Shown here: positions 54,855 to 64,000 of the stretch, piece after piece
Layout: every line of letters begins with the position of its first letter
Numbering within the stretch: position 1 is the stretch's first letter
Assembly: GCA_964016885.1 (NCBI GenBank)
Contig: OZ024745.1
Location: 129,642,001 to 129,706,000 of the forward strand
Source of the DNA: Eledone cirrhosa
Lineage: Eukaryota
Length of the DNA stretch: 64,000 nucleotides
Direction: 5' to 3'
Translations under genes and position numbers: made by a program
Notes under the pieces: generated by a model
Databases searched by the model: none
Seen by the model: only the letters and a program-made list of their open reading frames with translations
What the model was told of the DNA's origin: nothing

Positions 54855-54945
54855 TAAGTTATTCCGGGTTGAATCGGAGGTAACCACAGTAAGTTACTCA
54901 ATACATAGCACAGTATAAAAGTTTTAATATAGATGAGAATTATAG

Positions 54946-54998
54946 GAGATTCCTGATGATTTATCAAGAATGAAACAGTTCTAGTCCTGTAGAATCTC
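54946..54998 (+). ncRNA. Type I hammerhead ribozyme motif
   Basis: GAGATTC CTGATGA tttatcaagaat GAAA CAG ttctagtc CTG TA GAATCTC: 7-bp stem I. Confidence 0.85.
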
Positions 54999-55111
54999 AT
55001 CTATATTAAAACTATATATATATATATAGTAATAATAATAAATTTGAAGACTAAAATCCAAAGAGGACTCGATAAGGATAAATATATATCAGATATATAA
55101 GAACCGTAGAG

Positions 55112-55191
<80 letters not shown>

Positions 55192-55317
55192 TATGTATAT
55201 ATGTATATATATGTATATATGTATATATACATATATTTATATATATATATATATATATATATTAGCCGTCGAAACGGTTTGAGCTCAGCCGTCGGGGTCT
55301 TACTGGTTCCTATATGT

Positions 55318-55349
<32 letters not shown>

Positions 55350-55441
55350 ATATAGAAATATAGAACGAGAGAGATATATATATGTATATATGTATATATA
55401 TGTATATATATATATATACATATATTTATATATATATATGT

Positions 55442-55473
<32 letters not shown>

Positions 55474-56014
55474 ATATAGAAATATAGAACGAGAGAGAGT
55501 GAGAGAATGAAAGAGGGGGAATACAGGGGGGGGGGGGTAACAGATATACAGAGAATGGGAGAAAAACAAAGGAGTAAAAATAGATCCTGAAACGCATTAA
55601 TGACCAACAAAAATGAACAGATATGTTTTTTAAACATCCACCATCATGTAAAAAATTATACATAAATATTTCCTCAGAAAACAGACTGAAAACATAAACA
55701 TGATGATTATAGTAAAGATAGCTATTACAAATAATGACAACAAACGATAACAGTGTCCGAGTAGTAGAAGACTGTTCGACAAAAACAGACAGGATGATAA
55801 AGCAACAAGACTACTCATACATCAGCAATAAACTAACAAGACATGACCAAGAAAAAACAACGAAAGAATACCCTCGCTCTCTTTGTTTTCAATAAAAATG
55901 AAAGGATTAATTCATTATAGAATAATGTCCGAATAAAGCTGTCTCTTACTCGCTCTCCCCCTCTCTCCCTCTCTCACACACACTCTCTCTCTCTGTATAT
56001 ATATACATATATAT

Positions 56015-56062
<48 letters not shown>

Positions 56063-56064
56063 AA

Positions 56065-56141
<77 letters not shown>

Positions 56142-56232
56142 TAAGTTAATCCGGGTTGAATCGGAGGTAACCACAGTAAGTTACTCAATACATAGCACAG
56201 TATAAAAGCTTTAATATAGATGAGAATTATAG

Positions 56233-56281
56233 GAGATTCCTGATGATTTATCAAGAATGAAACAGTTCTAGTCCTGTAGAA

Positions 56282-56285
<4 letters not shown>
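56233..56285 (+). ncRNA. Type I hammerhead ribozyme motif (duplicate of 54946)
   Basis: Identical sequence to 54946-54998. Confidence 0.85.
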
Positions 56286-56363
<78 letters not shown>

Positions 56364-56443
56364 ATAATAATAAATTTGAAGACTAAAATCCAAAGATGAC
56401 TCGATAAGGATAAATATATATCAGATATATAAGAACCGTAGAG

Positions 56444-56680
<237 letters not shown>

Positions 56681-57140
56681 CATGTATGTATGTAAGTATA
56701 TATATATATATATATAGAGAGAGAGAAAAATACTGCAGGTAGCACATGGATAACATGTAATAAAATGAGTCCCTCATCAGTGATTTGCCGACGATCATAG
56801 ATATTTCATATATATATATATATATAGTATGCATAAATAGGCACATAGAAACATTAAACATCAGCTAACGAATGTAATTGAGAAAATATGACAGAAAAAT
56901 TGGGTGACGAAAAATAACAAAGGAAAGTAAAAAGCAAAAAAAAAAAAGAAAACTACACGGAAGCAACAAAAACAACAATAATAAGAAAGTATTAGATAAT
57001 AATACTAATAATAACAACATCAACAACAATATTAATAATAATAATTTCATCATGGCATACACCGTCGGACATATAGGGGGACAATAAAAAAAACATTGAC
57101 AGTGAGGGTGTAAAATCGAGTAAATCTATATAGAACAGAT

Positions 57141-57333
57141 AATAATTGTTTCTACTTTTGGCACAAGGCCAGCAATTATCCCAGGGCATTACTGGTACTT
57201 TATTTTATCGACCCCGTGAAGATGAAAGGCAAAGTTAACCTCGGCGGGATTTGAACTCAGAATGGCAAGGGCCGTAACTCTATGCTTCAAAGCATGATGT
57301 CCGATCCTCTACCAATACTGCCAATCCACCGCC
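57141..57333 (-). mobile_element. tRNA-derived SINE
   Basis: Full reverse-complement copy. Confidence 0.85.
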
Positions 57334-57529
57334 TAATGTAGAACAGATAATAATAAAGAGCAATATATATATAGAGCAATGAATGTTCTCCAATAGGTGG
57401 AGTACCAACAAGGGTTTACTCAGGAATTCCACAAATACTAAACACCCCTACTCTTCAAGTGCAACATAGGAAGGTACCCCTCACTTCACTTAATTAGCTA
57501 GTCTACGGGCCATTCTCGCATTTAGCTAT

Positions 57530-58030
57530 CGCTTAACAAATATCTTGGGTGGGGGCTCTTCCCTCTACACCCTCATCTTCCTTTCCAAATGGAACTACAA
57601 AGTCGTGGGGAGGTATTGGCCGAAGAGGAAAGTGTATGTCTTCTATCATTTCGGTCGGGTCAACCATATAACCTCTTTCGCTACAACCAACAGGCTGTCC
57701 CAGTTCGAACAGGTTGCATTGCCTCAGTTCTAGTTCTAGCTCCCGCTGTAATGGCTCGAGAATCAGTACATACAGAATGGAGGAGCGAGGGCACCCTTGA
57801 AGGACTGAGCGCGTGGTTAGAAACTGTTCCGATATGTGACCATTGACTTTGATCACTGAGCAGATAATGTTGTGCATTGCAGTAATCCAGCCTCTGAAGA
57901 CGGAACCGAAGCCGGCTGCCCTGAAGACAGCGTCCAGGAACCGATGGTTGATCCTCTTTTGTACTTGCCAGTTTTGGGGCAGGTCTTACCGAAAGAAATT
58001 TAGGTTTTGTTGTTTGACACAACGCTGTCA
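57530..58030 (-). pseudogene. Tx1/L1-like LINE RT fragment
   Basis: VIKVNGHISEQFLTTRSVLQGCPRSSILYVLILEPL matches the RSVRQGCPLSP.LY.L.LEP motif. Confidence 0.8.
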
Positions 58031-58574
58031 TTTATTTTTTCCAACAGTTTCCTTTCCGTAGTATGCACTATTTACGCCAAGCAAAAATTACTTGTGTGCA
58101 ACATTGTTTTTGCTTATTTGTTTGAGGAGGCAAATGTTTAAAATAATATTGCCACTGTCGTAACCTTTCTTCTCTTCATTTTTTTGTTCTTCAAACTGAG
58201 TTACTATTCGCTGGAAGAGGATACATCTGTTTATGATTTCTTACTCAAAATGTGGTTAGCACCACTTCTCGCTACCCTAATACAATGTATCATGTTGAAA
58301 TATGTTAAATCGAAAAAAAAGAAGAAAAAATCAAGTTGTTCTAAAATATGATTCGGATAAACAAACAGCTCAGATAAACAGCATAAACAAGCTATTGTTT
58401 GTTTTTTTAAATAATTCCGTGTGATTCAGCAAATACAAAAAATATATATATAAACACATGACTGATGCGTAATACTGCTTGTCAGAATAAGAAATAACAG
58501 CAATATCAACATCATTGAGAATTGCGTATATATTTCTTGTAATTTAGACACAAGGCCAGAAAGTTTTCGAATCG

Positions 58575-58800
58575 GTAGATCACAGCTCTGATACTATGAG
58601 CATGTGATAAGAATGTCTCAGTAAAAAATTGCTGGATAGATTTTATGAGCAAAACCAATAGGTAGACCCCGAGGAAGATGGTTGGATAACATCCTTTAGC
58701 TTGGCTGGTCTCTCTTGGGGATACAGCTGGATCAGTTGGAGATGGTTGCTTCTGTCAGGACCCGCTGGAATAAGTGTTTGAGGAATTTGTTCCAATACGT
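58575..58800 (+). mobile_element. RTE-clade LINE 3' fragment
   Basis: Homologous to the reverse complement of 7420-7650 (GATGGTTGGATAACATCC...CTTGGGGATACAGC.GGATCAGTTGG). Confidence 0.75.
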
Positions 58801-59668
58801 CTTTCGTAATAATATTATTTCAAGCAACTATATAGTACCAGTAATGCACTGGGTTATTGCTGGCCTTGTGCCTAACGTAGAAACAATTATTTCAAGCAAC
58901 TATATAGTTCTTTTCTGAAATGAGATAATCCGACACTAAACAAAACAACGCCAAGAACACATAAAATCACACACACACAAATAAACTAATCAGAAAAGAA
59001 TCAATGCTGCATCGTAAAAGAAGCATCTCCCAATTATGAAAGAAATACATAAGCAGTTACACTGAAAATTAAACGGAAAGAGATATAAAAAACAATTATA
59101 TATATATGGATAGAAATGTGTGTGTGTGTGTGAATGAATACTTCAGTGTATGTGTGTGTATGTGCTTGTTTCTGTGTATCTGTTGGTGTGTACGTGCATG
59201 TGCATGTGACTGAAAAAAGCATAAAAATAAACGTTTTGCATAAAATAGAAAAATATCGTTAGATTTTTGAAAACTAAAAATATTTTCTCTTTCGTCGAGT
59301 AAACATATTTTTCGCGTTATCTTTCATTATCATTTACGGTTTGTTTTGCATGTTTTTATTTTATGTTTTAAAGTTGTTTTTACATTTTCTTTTTATTCAT
59401 TTTATTATATTAGATCAAGCACATTTCTGACACTCAAATATAGATTGTTCTGTGGCTTGTTTCTATGATACCCATTCTCCTTAATACTTAAACGTTATGT
59501 TTGACACCAACACAGTCTTACGTTTCGCTTTCAATACTTCTTTCTTTCTTCCTTGAATACTTTTTTCCATGCTCTAACTCATTTTTTCCCTATCATTGTT
59601 TCTTTCTCTATGTATATTTTCCTCTTCCTCACTAATTTTCTCAGTGTAAAAATCTCCCCTCTGTTCTT

Positions 59669-59724
<56 letters not shown>

Positions 59725-59872
59725 GCATATCGAGTGATTTAATCGGCCGGGGTACCGTTTTCGGTACCCCGGCCGATTAACTCATTCGATATGCAAATTA
59801 GGCAGCTCAGCCGTTAATATGCATAAGGAAAGTATATACTTTCAGACATTCAATCATCTGGCAGGAAGCTAT

Positions 59873-59915
59873 ACATTGCTGACGATAGCTAATAAGCTTG
59901 AAACTAGTACAGCGT
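59873..59915 (+). ncRNA. Hammerhead family A in element ~59721-60120
   Basis: acaTTG CTGACGA tAGCTaataAGCTt GAAA CTAG TA CAGcgt. Confidence 0.85.
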
Positions 59916-60125
59916 TCCTTTGTCAGTGTTGAACAAATGAGCAACGATGGTTGCTAGACACTCTGCGGCTTAATTCGGGATGTTTGTTTACAAACATACC
60001 GAGCATTATAATAAATGTTCGGTGAATCCATACGTACATATATATATGTGTGCATGTATGTATATATAAATACATACTACTGTACGTCTGTATACATATA
60101 TGTATGTACGTATACATACCTATTT

Positions 60126-60205
<80 letters not shown>

Positions 60206-60394
60206 AAAATGTTTAAACCCGACGGCAGAGCTCAAGCCGTTTCGACGGCTACTTCTGAGTCCAGAAACAGCCGTCGAAACGGCTTGAGCTCTGCCGTCGG
60301 GGTTACACATTTTTCTATTACCCACTCTACTACTCTAAGTATTGAGTACTCTGGTGCGTTATGGTCCATCTGGTTCCTTACCACACCTCCTTCG

Positions 60395-60463
<69 letters not shown>

Positions 60464-60752
60464 TACATATATATATATACATGCATATAAACAAATATAC
60501 GTGTGATTGTGAGTTTGTATGTGGATGTATGTGTGCATAATTTGGTGTTTTGTTCTTAAACGGAAAAGGAATGAAACAGATGAGAATTAAAATTAGAACT
60601 GCAATTTTTAGCAATATTTGGTATCTGCATATTTTATAGGGAGCTTCTCAAGGGAGAATTGGTACGAAGGAATGAGAGGAAAGGTGAGGGAGAAAAATAT
60701 AAGGGGAGAGAGATAGAATAAGTGAGAGAGAGATAGAGAGAGAGAGAGAGAT

Positions 60753-60803
<51 letters not shown>

Positions 60804-61274
60804 AGGAGAAATAAGAAGAGAGACACTGTGAAAGAGCGAGGAGTGGGTGGGAGAGAGAAAGAGAAGAAGAGCCAGAGAAAGGAAAGAGAGAGAGAGAGAG
60901 AGAGAGAGAAAAAGAAGACCGATAGAAAGAGAAGAGAGAGAGAAAGAGGAGAAGGAATGAGAGAGAAGGAGAGAGAAAATGAGAGCGGAGAGGGAAGGAG
61001 AAAGACTGTGAGAGAGAAAAAGAGAAGGAGAAGAATGAGAGAGAATGAGAGAGAGAGAGAGAGAGAAGTGGTGAGTGAGAGAAGACAGTAGTCAGTAATA
61101 CAACAAAGGAGGATGTAAAAGAAATGAAGGAGACTAACAAAAGACGCGAGAAGAGAAGAATTGATTCAAAATATATCAAAGTAGAAGAATAACGAAAGTG
61201 AATATATAAGTATGTATACGTACATACATATATGTATACAGACGTACAGTACTATGTATATATATACATACATG

Positions 61275-61347
<73 letters not shown>

Positions 61348-61465
61348 GTATGGGTTTACCGAACATTTATTATAATGCTCGGTGTGTTTGTAGACAAACA
61401 TCCCGAATTAAGCCGTACAGTGTTTAGCAACCATCGTTGCCCTTTTGTTCAACACTGTGAAAGGA

Positions 61466-61508
61466 ACGATGTACTAGTTTCAAGCTTATTAGCTATCGTC
61501 AGCACCGT
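61466..61508 (-). ncRNA. Hammerhead family A in partial-tandem element ~61205-61960
   Basis: Reverse complement ACGGTG CTGACGA tAGCTaataAGCTt GAAA CTAG TA CATCGT. Confidence 0.88.
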
Positions 61509-61989
61509 ATACCTTCCTGCCAGATGATTAAATGTCTGAAAGTATATACTTTCCTCATGCATATTAACGGCTGAGCAGTTTAATTTGCATATCGAGTGAG
61601 TTAATCGGGCGGGCGCAACTAAAACGCTAAATGGAAAAAATGAAACGAAATTTCATTTCTCACTCTTAGTACGGCTGTTACTTAAATATAAGTATGTATA
61701 CGTACATACATATATGCATACAGACGTACAGTAGTATGTATATATATACATATATGCACACATATATATATGTACGTATGGATTTACCGAACATTTATTA
61801 TAATGCTCGGTGTGTTTGTAAACAAACATCCCGAATTAAGCCGTACAGTGTTTAGCATCCATCGTTGCCCTTTTGTTCAACACTGAGAAAGGAACGATGT
61901 ACTAGTTTCAAGCTTAGCCGTACTAAGAGTGAGAAATGAAATTTCGTTTCATTTTTTCCGAAAGAGAATATATTTTTCACATTTTACAG

Positions 61990-63030
61990 ATTTCTTTCTT
62001 TCTCTTCCTCATTTCTTTGCCTGTCTCCTCTCTCTCCTATCCCTCTCTATCTCTTTCTCCCTCTCTATCTAAACTTCCTTTCTTTCTCTTCCTCGTTTCT
62101 GTGTATCTCTCTCCTCACCCCTCTCTCTCTCTTTCTATCCCTCTCTGACTATCTAAACTTCCTTTCTTTCCTTTCCTCACTTCTTTGTCTCTTTCCACTC
62201 TATCTCGCTCTATCTATCTAGCTAAACTTCCTTTCTTTCTCTTCCTCATTTCTATGTCCCTCTCTCCTCTCTCTCCTCTCTCTCCCTCTCTATCTATCTA
62301 GCTAGCTAAACTTCCCTTCTTTTTCTTCCTCATTTCTATGTCCCTCTCTCCACTTTCTCCTCTCTCTCCTCTCTCTCTCTCTCTGTCTCTCTCTCTCTCT
62401 CTATCTATCTGGCTAAACTTCCCTTCTTTCTCTTCCTCATTTCTATGTCCCTCTCTCCTCTCTCTCCTATCTCTTCTCTCTCTCCTCTCTTTCCTCTCTC
62501 TCTCTATGTCCCTCTCTCCATTTTCACTTCTCTCTCTCTCTCTCACTCTCTCTATCTAGCTAAACTTACCTTCTTTCTATTCCTCATTTCTATGTCCCCC
62601 CTCTCTCTCTCTCTCTCTCTCTATCTATCTCTCTATCTATCTAGCTAAACTTCCTTTCTTTCTCTTCCTCATTTCTATGTCCCTCTCTCCTTTCTCTCCT
62701 CTCTCTCCCTCTGTCTCTCTCTCTCCCCCTCTGTCTCTCTCTCTCTCTCGCTCTATCTCTCTAGCTAAACTTCTTTTCTTTCTCTTCCTCATTTCTATGT
62801 TCCTCTCTCCTCTCTCTCCTCTCTCTCCATCCGTCTCTCTCTCTATCTATCTATCTAAACTTCCCTTCTTTCTCTTCCTCATTTCTTTGTCCCTCTCTAC
62901 TGTCTCTCCTCTCTTTCCCTCTCTCTCTATCTATCTATCTAAACTTCCTTTCTTTCTCTTCCTCACTTCTTTGCTCCCGCCCCCTTTCTCTCTCTCACTA
63001 TCTCTCTCTATTCCTCTTTGTCTATCTCTC
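61990..63030. repeat. CT-rich complex satellite, ~10 units anchored by CTAAACTTCCTTTCTTTCTCTTCCTCATTTCT
   Basis: Directly visible; units ~80-130 bp with variable (CT)n. Confidence 0.85.
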
Positions 63031-63175
63031 TAATTAACTATCTAACCCACATGGGCGGTAACACACAACTACAAGGAAACACATTCTAACCCCTCCTCCA
63101 CATATATATACATATATATACCCCCCACCCACATAAACAAATACCCAGACACACAGAGCCACCCAATCACGCACG

Positions 63176-63206
<31 letters not shown>

Positions 63207-63736
63207 ATATATATATATATATTCTGTAGCCTATGTATCATATCAATATCTCCCCCCGCCTTCTGAGATATTTTCACTGCTACAAGGGATTAATCCCCTT
63301 TCTTGACCGGTGTATCACGTGATAGAGTCTCCCTCCGCCTTTCTGAGATTTTCTCGCATGCTACGGACGTATGTAGTTAGGGTTCTTCCCTGAGGTGCTC
63401 CCTTGATAAGCTGGCTTACCTCACAACAATGTTACATATCTATGATATAACATTTTTGCATAGTGACCAGCGAAACTGTACAGTCGGGACTAAAGACAAA
63501 ATAGGTATATTGTATCTAGTATTCCTTTTTATAATATTTTACATAACTCTGATATTGTGTCAATTTAATTATTTCGATTATTTTGTCTCTCATAATCATA
63601 GAGTAACACTGGTTAAGGTCGACAACATACAATCTCACATACTTGTGAAAAATATGTTTATCTATACATGTATATGTATGTATACACATATATTTGTATA
63701 CCTCTCATTATTATATATATATATATATACGTGAGG

Positions 63737-63795
<59 letters not shown>

Positions 63796-64000
63796 TCTAC
63801 ACACACTCACCTATATCTGAGCACATATCTGTTTACCTACGAAAAAGTATGTACAACTAATATAAGCACCATGCAGTTAATTAATTTCATTTACCTGATT
63901 TTTTTCTCATTTTCTTTCATTTTAACTAAATTTTAAACTATATTTATCAAAATATATGCCGTGACCTAAATGCATTTACGTTTTCGTGTGATCGAATCAC

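Overview
AT-rich, microsatellite-saturated eukaryotic DNA. It is most likely intergenic or intronic sequence of an octopod cephalopod, inferred from the tRNA-derived SINE family, the huge (TA)n/(CA)n/(TACA)n tracts and the RTE, Tx1 and Penelope debris. I could not support any intact host protein-coding gene; nearly all listed ORFs are translations of simple repeats. Recognisable content: about 25 copies of one tRNA-derived SINE, decayed LINE fragments (RTE, Tx1/L1-like, R4/Dong-like, HERO-like), and one near-full-length but disrupted Penelope-like element (RT plus C-terminal GIY-YIG, Naiad-like) at about 50.1-52.6 kb. The main hidden signal is about 15 intact-looking minimal type I hammerhead ribozyme (HHR) motifs plus several decayed or partial ones. 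They belong to at least 8 unrelated short non-coding families, almost all lodged in or beside (TA)n tracts. They show self-complementary stem III, a recurrent mismatch at the base of stem II, inverted (fold-back) duplications and circularly permuted copies. This suggests a diverse population of non-autonomous HHR retroelements (Penelope pseudo-LTR derivatives or retrozyme-like units), probably mobilised by Penelope-like RT/endonuclease. All structures were paired by eye; nothing was computed or searched.
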